A stretch of DNA of 64,000 bases, taken from NCBI GenBank assembly GCA_002411015.1, contig DHPY01000104.1, positions 56,101-120,100 of the forward strand. The letters are read 5' to 3'. A model generated the notes under the pieces. The model was given only the letters and a program-made list of their open reading frames with translations. It was not told the DNA's origin and ran no database searches. This DNA is from Armatimonadetes bacterium UBA5352 (GTDB taxonomy: Bacteria; Armatimonadota; Zipacnadia; Zipacnadales; UBA5352). A program made the position numbers and the translations under genes. Below are positions 55,868-64,000 of this stretch, one piece after another (the stretch's first letter is position 1; each line of letters starts with the position of its first letter).

Positions 55868-56880
55868 AGCATCTCAGCGGCAAGCGTCGCGGCGGCCACG
55901 CCCAGCGAGACCGCGTTCGGCGCGTAGTAGCACGATCGGGCAGCGATCCCGCCGACGTCGAGTGCGGGCGAGGCGGCGATCAGGCGCTGCGTTCCGGCGG
56001 GCAGCATCATCCCGCGCGTGACCTCGATAGCGCCGGCGTCACCATGCAGCCGCGCGACCACTGCCGGGGCATCGGATGCGTCGAGGACTGCGCTTCGCGG
56101 CAGGATCGGGTCAAGCGCGATGTGCACGAGGCTGCCCTGCGCGAACTCCTCGCGGGCGCCACGCAGGCGAATCGCGATCTCGGCCACGACGCGCCGCGAG
56201 CGCATCTCCATCGCGGTCGGGTCGTCGGAGGCCAGGTCGAGTTCGACTTCGAGGATGACGTCGCCGGGCCAGAGGCCGGTCCAGGCCATCACTGCGCCGC
56301 CGGCGATCGGCAGATCGCTGCCGATCTCGATGCGCTCGGGCTGCACGAGGCCGGTCTTCACCATCAGCGCACGGCGGATGGTCGGCTCATCCGTCTCGCG
56401 AGCATGGCAGGTGGCGCCGCGCTCCAGGGCCAGCCGCCCCCGCTCGGTGGCGTCGATGACGACGCGGCTGCGGGCGGCCATCAGGCCCCAGCGGCCGGTC
56501 AGGAGCGTCATGTCGCCATCGGAGGGGTGTGCATTGACCTGCAGGAGCACCTCCACGCCGGCTTCATCGGCGGCGCGTTCGAGCGCGACCTGCGCGGCCA
56601 CCGCGTCGAGGAGTGTGCCGCGAGCGGCGTTGACCCGTTCAAGCTCGCAAACGATCTCCTGCCACAGTGTGGGGTTCTCCAGTTCCGGCGGCCACCAGGT
56701 GCTCAGCGCAGCCCAGATCTCATGGCCGAGCGAGGTGCGCGGCGCGCTCAGGAGCACGGAGCGCCCCTCGCGGGCGAGGCTGACCGCAGCCGCCCAGCCG
56801 CTCAGCCCGCCTCCATGGATGTGCACATCGTAGCTGCCCATGTCTCGAGCGACCGCTCGGTCGCGCACAATCTGCTGCAT
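55864..56880 (-). CDS. FAD/NAD(P)-binding oxidoreductase-like protein (smaller partner, 4-nt overlap with upstream gene)
   Basis: YDVHIHGGGLSGWAAAVSLAREGRSVLL is a dinucleotide-binding motif. 338 aa. An ATGA-type overlap with 53993..55867 suggests coupling. Confidence 0.55.
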   Translation of the reverse strand: MQQIVRDRAVARDMGSYDVHIHGGGLSGWAAAVSLAREGRSVLLSAPRTSLGHEIWAALSTWWPPELENPTLWQEIVCELERVNAARGTLLDAVAAQVALERAADEAGVEVLLQVNAHPSDGDMTLLTGRWGLMAARSRVVIDATERGRLALERGATCHARETDEPTIRRALMVKTGLVQPERIEIGSDLPIAGGAVMAWTGLWPGDVILEVELDLASDDPTAMEMRSRRVVAEIAIRLRGAREEFAQGSLVHIALDPILPRSAVLDASDAPAVVARLHGDAGAIEVTRGMMLPAGTQRLIAASPALDVGGIAARSCYYAPNAVSLGVAAATLAAEML

Positions 56881-57017
56881 GACAACGCCTCCCGCGGGTC
56901 AGTATTCGGGAGAGGAGTTCGCTACGGCAGCGGCAGGACCTCCGCGCGGCAGGAAGGTGCGCGCCGGCGCACGAGGAAGCCTTCGCGCACATCGAAACGC
57001 TCGGAGGGATGGGATTG

Positions 57018-58040
57018 ATGGATTACGTGCAGCTTGGACGCACCGGGTGCCGGGTCTCGCGCTTCTGCCTCGGCACGATGAACATCCGCAAGCCGGAGGA
57101 GGAGGCGGAGTGGGGGGCGATCGTGGGCGAGGCGCTCGACGCCGGGATCAGCTTCATTGATACCGCCAACGTCTACGGGCGCGGGATCTCGGAGACCGCG
57201 GTCGGCAATATCCTCGAAGCGAGCGGCCGCCGCGACGAGATCGTGCTCGCCACGAAGGCCGTGGCGGCGATGGGTGACGGCCCGAACGACCATGGCGCGA
57301 GCCGCTATCACCTGACGCGCTCGGTCGAGGAGAGCCTCCGGCGCCTGAAGACCGACCGGATAGACCTCTTCTACCTGCACGTGGTGGACATCACCACGCC
57401 GATGGACGAGATCCTCGAGACCCTCGACACGCTCGTCCAGCAGGGCAAGCTGCTCTACGTGGGCACCTCGAAGTGGCCGCCGACGCTCATCATGGAGGGC
57501 CTGGCGCTCTCGCAAGCGCGTGGTCTCCCCCGCTTCGTCGCGGAGCAGCCACCGTATCACATCCTCGACCGCGGAGTGGAGAATGAACTGCTGTGGATGG
57601 CGCAGCGGCAGGGGATCGGCGTCTGCGTCTGGGGGCCGCTGGCCTACGGACTGCTCTCGGGCAAATACCGCAAGGGCCGGGACATGCCCGAGATCGGGCG
57701 CTGGATCCGAGCCAATCCGGAGGAGAACGATCGCTTCACGAATGAGGCGCTCGATGTGGTGGAGGAGCTCATTGCGCTGGCGGAGGCCCGCGGGGTGACG
57801 CTGGCGGAGTTCGCGCATGCGTGGCTGCTGACGCGCCCGGGCGTAACCTCGATCCTCATTGGCCCGCGTACGATCGAGCAGCTCCGCTCGACGCTCGGGA
57901 GCTACGAACTGGAGCTGACCGACGAGGAACTGGCGCGGGTGGATGAGCTTGTGCCGCCGGGACAGTACGTCAGCAACTTCTACGACGGCAACGTCTACCG
58001 CCGGATGCGCAATGCGCTCGCGGATGTGACGAAGTACTGA
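57018..58040 (+). CDS. Aldo/keto reductase
   Basis: GGAGGG RBS 9 nt before the ATG at 57018. MDYVQLGRTGCRVSRFCLGTM...FIDTANVYG...IVLATK matches the AKR signatures. Confidence 0.85.
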   Translation: MDYVQLGRTGCRVSRFCLGTMNIRKPEEEAEWGAIVGEALDAGISFIDTANVYGRGISETAVGNILEASGRRDEIVLATKAVAAMGDGPNDHGASRYHLTRSVEESLRRLKTDRIDLFYLHVVDITTPMDEILETLDTLVQQGKLLYVGTSKWPPTLIMEGLALSQARGLPRFVAEQPPYHILDRGVENELLWMAQRQGIGVCVWGPLAYGLLSGKYRKGRDMPEIGRWIRANPEENDRFTNEALDVVEELIALAEARGVTLAEFAHAWLLTRPGVTSILIGPRTIEQLRSTLGSYELELTDEELARVDELVPPGQYVSNFYDGNVYRRMRNALADVTKY

Positions 58041-58052
58041 GTGATCGTGCTG

Positions 58053-58085
58053 CAGGGGCCGCGCGGATTCAGCGCGCGGCCCCTG
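58053..58085. terminator. Bidirectional GC hairpin (13-bp perfect stem caggggccgcgcg/cgcgcggcccctg, 7-nt loop) between convergent genes
   Basis: Located between the stop at 58040 (+) and the stop at 58093 (-). Confidence 0.5.
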
Positions 58086-58092
58086 GCACTGC

Positions 58093-60126
58093 TCAGCCGA
58101 GCTTCGCCCTGCAGACCACGTAGATCGGCACCTCCGGCACGGTGAACCAGCAGGCTCCGTCTCGGACCTCGAACTCAGGCGAGAAGTCCTCCATCTCCGG
58201 CGCAACGCACTCCACAGCCGTCACCGTCGCGCCATCCGGCAGCGGAGCGCGCACCTGCACGTCCCGCCTCGGCACCGTGTCGCCTGGGCCCGGCTGGACC
58301 GGGACCGAATAGTTCAGCAGGTGCACGACAACCTCGCCATCGTCCGAGTAGCACGCAGTGCGCAGCAGCCACTGCGAGTTCCCCGCCGCGTCCATGACGA
58401 CGCGCGTCTCGCCTGCCGGCTCAAGGAGTTCCAGCATGCCGCTCTCCGTGGGCAGCAGCTCCCTGCGCACGACGCGCCCCTCGCCCAGATCGCGCTGGCC
58501 ATCCGCCTCGGGCAGCCATTCGATGGCCGCCCGCGGCCGCATCAGCTCATCATGCGTCGCGAAAGGCCCGACGGTGATCAGTGTGCCGCCGCCCTCGACG
58601 AAGCCCCTCATCATCGCGAGATGCTCGTCGCTGAGGTACTCCATGTTGGGCGCGATCAGCACGTCGTAGGTGGCGAGAGTGTCGGCGGAGAGGCCAGTCT
58701 CAGAGAAGAGATCGCAGGGGATCTGCAGCTCCGCGAGGCGTCCGAAGATAGTGCGAGCGGTTCCGGTATGCCGGGAGACCTGACCACCCGCGCGGTAGAA
58801 GTCACGCATAGGGAAGAAGAGCATGGCGACGCGCGCGGCCGAGACCTTGTCATCGTAGATGTCGGCATTGTCGCGCAGGAAGCGGATGTAAGGCGCCTGG
58901 TCGTCGCGGGAGTTGCGCCGCACACCGTTGTAGGCGCCTGAGCCGAATGCGGCAGCCTCTGCAAGCGCGAGCTTGCGCGAATCCGGCATCGGGCTGAGCT
59001 TCAGGAGCATGGTGCGGAGGTCGCCCGGAAGATCGCGGCCGTAGACGTAGTCGATGATGTTGTCATGGACCTGGCGGTAGGTGATGTCGCCGATGATGCG
59101 CTGCACGATGCACCCCGCGCCCTCGACGCCCAGACCGCCCTCAGCCATGTAGTAGTCGGCATTCCCGACCATGTACTCGGCCACGTGCGTGGGGCCGCCG
59201 AGGTTCGGGAAGAGCACGAAGTCAGGGCTCGCCTGACGCCCGCCCTCGCGCATCGCGTGTGCGTGCTCGCCGAGGCGCACGCGCCAGAACCTCTGCGCCT
59301 CAACCCACGCGACGCCCTCGTTCGCGGTCGGCAGCGAGACCTTGTCCACGTTCTGCACGCCGAAGAGCTCACGGATCTCGGCCGGACGGAACTTCGCGCG
59401 CAGGTACTCGCGGAAGGCAGCCTGCGAGTGCTCCGAGTAGTCGTTGATGGGGCTGGTGTTGTCCGGGAACGCGCCATCGTAGCCCGCCTCAGCGACCAAC
59501 CGGTGCACGTCCATCAGCCAGTTGCGCCAGTCGGGGTGCGTGATCGCGGCAATGTAGCGGTCGAGGCCGGCGTAGTACTCGGGCTTCTCCTCATTGCCGA
59601 AGGTGTGACGTGAGCCATCGGCCTTCAGCGCGATCCATTCGGCGGGGTCGGACTGTGGCTTCGGGCCGAGGCCGAACTCAGCGTACTCGTCCCAGTGATC
59701 GTAGAAGTCGTAGAAGCCCTCGCGGGTGTCGGGGTTGCCTGCGTAGGTGATCGCGGCCGTGTAGGGCATGACCATCTTCACGCCGGCCGCGTGGAGGGCA
59801 TCGTTCATCCGCTGCAGGGCCGCGATCCGCTCATGCACCTCAGCGGGAGTGAGTCGGCGGATGTCGTCGCGATTGCGCCCGTGCGCCTGGTTCTCGCCGC
59901 CGACGGCCACAATCGGACCGTAGAGGTGCGTCATCGGCACGTCCTTGCCGAAGTGCAGCAGATCCGGCGGGAGTTCCCGGATCCACTCCACGTACTCCGG
60001 GCTGTCGAGATGCCCCTGCCCGTAGTCGATCAGGTAGTAGACCGGCGGCACGGTCGGCTCGCGCGTGGCGAGCGCCGGGGCGGCCATGATCACCAGCATC
60101 AGTAGCGCGCTCAGAATCCGCTTCAT
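58093..60126 (-). CDS. Secreted putative glycoside-hydrolase-like protein (same architecture as 35186..37453)
   Basis: Signal peptide MKRILSALLMLVIMAAPALA. YDGAFPDNTSP is a barrel motif. GGTLITVGP is a GATase1-like/GH42-trimerisation-like segment. The family is tentative. Confidence 0.45.
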   Translation of the reverse strand: MKRILSALLMLVIMAAPALATREPTVPPVYYLIDYGQGHLDSPEYVEWIRELPPDLLHFGKDVPMTHLYGPIVAVGGENQAHGRNRDDIRRLTPAEVHERIAALQRMNDALHAAGVKMVMPYTAAITYAGNPDTREGFYDFYDHWDEYAEFGLGPKPQSDPAEWIALKADGSRHTFGNEEKPEYYAGLDRYIAAITHPDWRNWLMDVHRLVAEAGYDGAFPDNTSPINDYSEHSQAAFREYLRAKFRPAEIRELFGVQNVDKVSLPTANEGVAWVEAQRFWRVRLGEHAHAMREGGRQASPDFVLFPNLGGPTHVAEYMVGNADYYMAEGGLGVEGAGCIVQRIIGDITYRQVHDNIIDYVYGRDLPGDLRTMLLKLSPMPDSRKLALAEAAAFGSGAYNGVRRNSRDDQAPYIRFLRDNADIYDDKVSAARVAMLFFPMRDFYRAGGQVSRHTGTARTIFGRLAELQIPCDLFSETGLSADTLATYDVLIAPNMEYLSDEHLAMMRGFVEGGGTLITVGPFATHDELMRPRAAIEWLPEADGQRDLGEGRVVRRELLPTESGMLELLEPAGETRVVMDAAGNSQWLLRTACYSDDGEVVVHLLNYSVPVQPGPGDTVPRRDVQVRAPLPDGATVTAVECVAPEMEDFSPEFEVRDGACWFTVPEVPIYVVCRAKLG

Positions 60127-61388
60127 CGTGCCTCTCCTGCCTCGTCACTGCGTGGGCTGATGGCGATGTCATCTACGTAGAGCACGGACTGCACCGGGTT
60201 GCTGCGCGCGTGGCCGATCTCCAGCACCACGTTCACTGTCGGGCCATCTATGCGCTTGTTCTCGTCGCCGCCGCTGACTGCGGTTGAGGCGTGCTCAAAG
60301 TCGGCCAAGACTGCCTTCCACCCGACCCAGTTGATCGGCCCGGGATCGAAGTAGTGCTGCTCCTGAGAGGCATCGCGCACCCGGACGCGGAGGCCGCGTC
60401 CGGAGCCGTCACCGTAGAGGAACAGCCGCACCTTGCCGATGCCATCGCCCGGCACCGGGAGCGTGAAGAGCTTGAGCTGCTGGCCGGTCTCGGCGTAGGC
60501 CTCGGGGAAGCGGATCTCGACGCGCAGCGACTGCTCGCCGCCGAAGGCCTGCTCGTCGCTGAGCGCCACATCGTACGAAGGGAGGGTGGCGTCCTCAGGC
60601 ACGAGCTTCGCCCACTGGATGGTGCCGATGGGGTTGTCGACGCCCTCGAAGTCAACGAGCGGCGTCCAGTTCGTCTCGATCCCGATTTGCGGTGCGATCC
60701 GCTCCACCTCCGCGGCGGCCTCAGGTGTCGGCGCGAGCAGACCGGGTAGCTCCGGCCCGAGCCAGACCGCTGCGTCATCGAGCGACCACCCCGGATTCTC
60801 CGGCGCTACCAGCGACAGCCGCAGGAGTGCGCCCTCCGGGGGCGCCTGGAAGAGCAGCGCCTCCGGCTCATTGAAGTCGCTCTCGAGACTCGCGATCTCG
60901 GCGCCCTCAAGGTCGGTGATGACGAGCCTGCCCGCCTCGCCGATGGAGAAGGCATGCGCGAAGATGGTGGCGGCGTTGAGGCCGGGCGGCACGTAAAAGT
61001 AGAGGCCGTCGAAGCCTCTCACGACGTTCAGCGGCGCCTCAGGGGTGGCGATATACCACCACGTATCGGCCGTGGGCACCGGGACGGCGTAGTTGGCCCC
61101 CGGTTCGAGCCTCAGGAGCGACAGCGGACTGGCGTCGCTCACGGTCAGAGTGCAGGTCTGCCCGAGAGTGCCATCAATTGTGGCAACCGTGTCGCCGTTG
61201 AGGTCGAGGATGCGGAAGGTGGGCTGGTCGGCATAGCTGAAGTCATTGGCGCCGTAGAGGCGCGATTCGATGGTGACGGGGCCCGGCGGCGCGAGCATCC
61301 AGGTGGTGTAGCGGACGATGGGGGGATCATCCGCGATCGCGGACGCTGCTGCCGCGAGGAGGAGAAGCAGAGCGATCCTTCGGGTCAT
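60123..61388 (-). CDS. Secreted hypothetical protein with C-terminal beta-sandwich (carbohydrate-binding-like) domain; 4-nt overlap with downstream gene
   Basis: Signal peptide MTRRIALLLLLAAASAIA. No family assigned. Confidence 0.5.
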   Translation of the reverse strand: MTRRIALLLLLAAAASAIADDPPIVRYTTWMLAPPGPVTIESRLYGANDFSYADQPTFRILDLNGDTVATIDGTLGQTCTLTVSDASPLSLLRLEPGANYAVPVPTADTWWYIATPEAPLNVVRGFDGLYFYVPPGLNAATIFAHAFSIGEAGRLVITDLEGAEIASLESDFNEPEALLFQAPPEGALLRLSLVAPENPGWSLDDAAVWLGPELPGLLAPTPEAAAEVERIAPQIGIETNWTPLVDFEGVDNPIGTIQWAKLVPEDATLPSYDVALSDEQAFGGEQSLRVEIRFPEAYAETGQQLKLFTLPVPGDGIGKVRLFLYGDGSGRGLRVRVRDASQEQHYFDPGPINWVGWKAVLADFEHASTAVSGGDENKRIDGPTVNVVLEIGHARSNPVQSVLYVDDIAISPRSDEAGEAR

Positions 61389-61569
61389 GGCAACGCTCCA
61401 GTGCAAGGGGCTGGTGGCTTCGGGGTCGATTATAGCATGACAGGAGCGTCTGCGGAAGCGGGCGCCGCTCCACTGGAGTGAGGCCCGCGATTTGCAGTGG
61501 GTTGCGTAGCCAACTGGAGAGGAGTATGGTGGGATTGCAGCACTGCGTCCGCAGAAGGGGGTTGCACAG

Positions 61570-62931
61570 ATGGGTGACCGGTTGGCGATCATCGCGCTGA
61601 TGGCCGTCCTCCCTGGCCTCGCGCTCCCGCAGGAGGAGGCCGGACAACCGTTGCAGGCGTGGGAGCCGCCGGCGGCGGAGATGCCTGATCCGAACGCGTG
61701 GGAGATCTACCAGTTCGCGTTCGAGCTTGAGGAGCAGATCCAGCAGCGGCTCGCGGAGGAGCTTCCGAAGAGCGCGCCGACGTCTCTCGACATGAGCGAG
61801 GCCGCGCTTGAGCCGGAGATGCTCGCGCGGCTCCTTGACGCCTACGCGCCGGTCTTCAGCGCGCTCGAAGCTGCCATCGCGGGTGAGGCGCAGGCGCCGC
61901 AGCTTCTTACCCAGGAGGATTTCGCGCAGGCCTTCGCGGAGTTCGCCAACTACCGCCAGGCATGCCGCATGTTCGCGAGCCGCAGCGTCTATCACCTCCG
62001 CCGCGATGACGCGCTCTCCGCGGCGCTGGATGGCGTTGCGTGCCTGCAGATCGGCGCCGACGTGGGCACGAGCGGTTCGCTGATCGCGGGGCTGGTGCAG
62101 CTTGCCTGCAGCACCATCGGCGAGGCGCGGTTGCGTGAGGCGATCCCGAATCTTGGCGCGCAGGAGGCTCGGATCGCCGCGAATGCCATGCGCCAGGCAA
62201 TCAGCGAACTGCCGGGATTGGAGCAGACGCTGCGGGGCGAGGAGATCGTCTCGCGCGTCATGATGCGCGAGCAATCGCCGCAGTTCGAAGGCATGGAGGA
62301 GGCGATCCAGCAACTGCACAATGACCCCGACTACGCGCGAGAGATGCTCGCGCAGGAGGACCCCGCGGTCGCGGAGATGGATGGCGCAGCGCTGAGGGCG
62401 CTCGTGGAGGAGAAGATCACGCAGATGGAGGCGCTCACGCCCGAGCAGGCCTGGGCGGAGCTTGGCCGCTTCCATGCGGCGTGGCAGGCTGAGGCGGCGA
62501 AGCCATTCTGGGCGCGCCAGCCGGTCGAGGCGCCCGCGAACGTCCTGCTGGCGACGCTGCTGCCGTCATTCGAGCGCGCGGGGCTGCTCTACGCGTCCAG
62601 CGAGGCGCGCCTGCGGGTAGACCTCGCCGCGCTCGCGGCATGGGCGTTCTTCGCGGAGACGGGCACGTATCCGGCATCGCTGGACGCGCTCGTGCCGGGG
62701 TACCTGCCGGAGCTCCCGCGCGATCCGTTCGCCGATGCGCCGCTGCAGAGTGTGGCACTTGGGGCCACCACCCGCGCGCACCCGGCCGGCGGGCAGGAGC
62801 CCGTGGCAGCACGCGGGCTCACGATCTACTCGGTCGGACCGGATGGCGATAATGATGGCGGCGTGGACATCGGGCACGTGATTGAGCCGGAATCCGATGG
62901 CGATATCTCGTTGACCCTGGCAGTGGAGTAG
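61570..62931 (+). CDS. Secreted helical protein with C-terminal type-II-secretion pseudopilin (GspG)-like domain but a classical Sec signal peptide instead of a prepilin leader
   Basis: MGDRLAIIALMAVLPGLALP signal. A long Ala/Glu-rich helical region. C-terminal ETGTYPASLDALVPGYLPELPRDPFADAPLQ...GLTIYSVGPDGDNDGG resembles the GspG core (YP.SL..LV...YL..P.DPW...Y...SLGPDG). Confidence 0.45.
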   Translation: MGDRLAIIALMAVLPGLALPQEEAGQPLQAWEPPAAEMPDPNAWEIYQFAFELEEQIQQRLAEELPKSAPTSLDMSEAALEPEMLARLLDAYAPVFSALEAAIAGEAQAPQLLTQEDFAQAFAEFANYRQACRMFASRSVYHLRRDDALSAALDGVACLQIGADVGTSGSLIAGLVQLACSTIGEARLREAIPNLGAQEARIAANAMRQAISELPGLEQTLRGEEIVSRVMMREQSPQFEGMEEAIQQLHNDPDYAREMLAQEDPAVAEMDGAALRALVEEKITQMEALTPEQAWAELGRFHAAWQAEAAKPFWARQPVEAPANVLLATLLPSFERAGLLYASSEARLRVDLAALAAWAFFAETGTYPASLDALVPGYLPELPRDPFADAPLQSVALGATTRAHPAGGQEPVAARGLTIYSVGPDGDNDGGVDIGHVIEPESDGDISLTLAVE

Positions 62932-62951
62932 GTCATGGGCGCAAGGGCGTG

Positions 62952-63977
62952 TCAGGGCAGCCTTGAGATTGCAGGGGCGGTCTGCGTCTGCACGGCATCC
63001 ACCTCGAGCTCAAAGAGCAGGTCATCGCGGCAGATGGTGTTGTGAGCCACGATCACCGGCAACTCCGGCAGCCCTTCCGCGCACCGATGCTGCTCGAGCA
63101 CACCGGCGTCCTCGGGATGGCGCACGTACGCAGTGGCTCGCACGACATCCTCCCAGCCCATCCCGCGCGAGTGGAGGATCGCGGCGATTACGTCGCAGGT
63201 CAGAGCGGTCTGGGCCCGGACGTCGCCGACATGCGCGGTGCGTCCATCCGGATCGATGCTCGCTGTGCCGGAAACGAAGACGCGCCGCACACCGGGCAGG
63301 TCCACCTCGACGGCGCGACTGAAGGAGCTTCCGTACTGGAGCGCCGGGCACTGCATCGGCGAGGGCAGCGCCCGCACAGTCACCCGAGCGTCGTGAGGGA
63401 GGATGGCATACGCGCCCACCATCATCGCTGCTCCCCACGGGTTGGCGCCACCGATTCCGGTGCTCGCAGGGACAAGGCGGTCGAAGACGCCGCGCTCCGT
63501 GAAGAAGGCCGTGCGCACGGCGTTGAACTCGCTGTACCACTCGAGAATGTCGTCGAGGAATAGCCACGTGCGGGCGACGTGGCTGAAGTCCATCTCCACC
63601 GTCTCCAGCGCCCGCTCGATCGCGCGGAAGGTGTCTTCTGCCTGCTGCTTGCGAGAAGCCGCTGTGTCCTCCGCACGGATACCTGCGAGGAAGCACTCAG
63701 AAGCGTGAGGACCGTGGACGACCGTGCCGACGGTCCGGCCATCAAGCACAACCGGCTCAAGCTCCGCGCCACGTATCCCGCGGAGATGCAGTCCTCCGAG
63801 GCCAGCGGTCACAGAGTTGCCGAGTATCCATGTCAGCGGTCCGGAGTAGCCGTTGTACAGTGGATCAGACGCGCGCGAACCAAAGCACTCCGCGGCGATG
63901 GTGGCCGCGCCGAGGCTGCGGCGCACTGCCGCCACCGAGGAGTCGATCTCCTCCGGAAGCGCCGCGCTCCTCGTCAT
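62952..63977 (-). CDS. RidA/YjgF-like (endoribonuclease L-PSP fold) family protein, two-domain
   Basis: The C-half VFVSGTASIDPDGRTAHVGDVRAQTALTCDVIAAILHSRGMGWEDVVRATAYV...LLFELEVDAV matches the RidA pattern. The N-half is distantly similar. Confidence 0.6.
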   Translation of the reverse strand: MTRSAALPEEIDSSVAAVRRSLGAATIAAECFGSRASDPLYNGYSGPLTWILGNSVTAGLGGLHLRGIRGAELEPVVLDGRTVGTVVHGPHASECFLAGIRAEDTAASRKQQAEDTFRAIERALETVEMDFSHVARTWLFLDDILEWYSEFNAVRTAFFTERGVFDRLVPASTGIGGANPWGAAMMVGAYAILPHDARVTVRALPSPMQCPALQYGSSFSRAVEVDLPGVRRVFVSGTASIDPDGRTAHVGDVRAQTALTCDVIAAILHSRGMGWEDVVRATAYVRHPEDAGVLEQHRCAEGLPELPVIVAHNTICRDDLLFELEVDAVQTQTAPAISRLP

Positions 63978-64000
63978 GTAGAACTCGCAGATGCCATCGC

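Noticed and set aside
1-64000. tRNA, rRNA, tmRNA, RNase P, CRISPR arrays
   Set aside because: Scanning intergenic regions for T-loop (GTTCRANYC) and other hallmark motifs found none. All spacers are short or accounted for.

Overview
This is a high-GC (about 67-68%) bacterial chromosomal segment with dense coding, about 55 protein genes, and no rRNA, tRNA or CRISPR array that I could recognise. The gene content is glycan degradation and sugar processing mixed with housekeeping. The first group includes heparinase II/III, an S1 sulfatase, a BNR sialidase, a GH95-like fucosidase, a DUF2961/GH172-like protein, a CE4 deacetylase, two CE7-like alpha/beta hydrolases, two URO-D-like paralogs, two Gfo/Idh/MocA oxidoreductases, a xylose-isomerase-like TIM-barrel protein and two large putative glycoside-hydrolase-like secreted proteins. 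The housekeeping genes include mutY, rpiB, acpS, purN, lptF/G, bioY, a class I aldolase, a DegT aminotransferase and nrdDG. A PEP-CTERM protein, the many sulfatase, URO-D-like and Gfo/Idh/MocA genes and the LptF/G permease suggest a Gram-negative PVC-superphylum-like heterotroph (Planctomycetota, Kiritimatiellota or Verrucomicrobiota-like); this is inference only. The most unusual locus is the anaerobic class III ribonucleotide reductase operon. The NrdD core ORF ends right after its Zn-ribbon at an in-frame TAG. About 120 nt later a separately initiated 70-aa ORF with a good RBS encodes the glycyl-radical motif (RVMGYYRPV), and nrdG follows immediately. This is either a naturally split NrdD with a stand-alone glycyl-radical subunit or a disrupted gene. 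The other signals are as follows. An IS110-family transposase remnant abuts a 5'-truncated URO-D paralog. Two short gene remnants (URO-D-like and MDR-like C-termini) lie in intergenic space. A 24-bp-stem inverted-repeat element and tandem GC hairpins sit between genes. A canonical sigma70-like promoter lies in an AT-rich island within an 850-nt leader upstream of nrdD. Several long antisense ORFs in the supplied track are high-GC artefacts.
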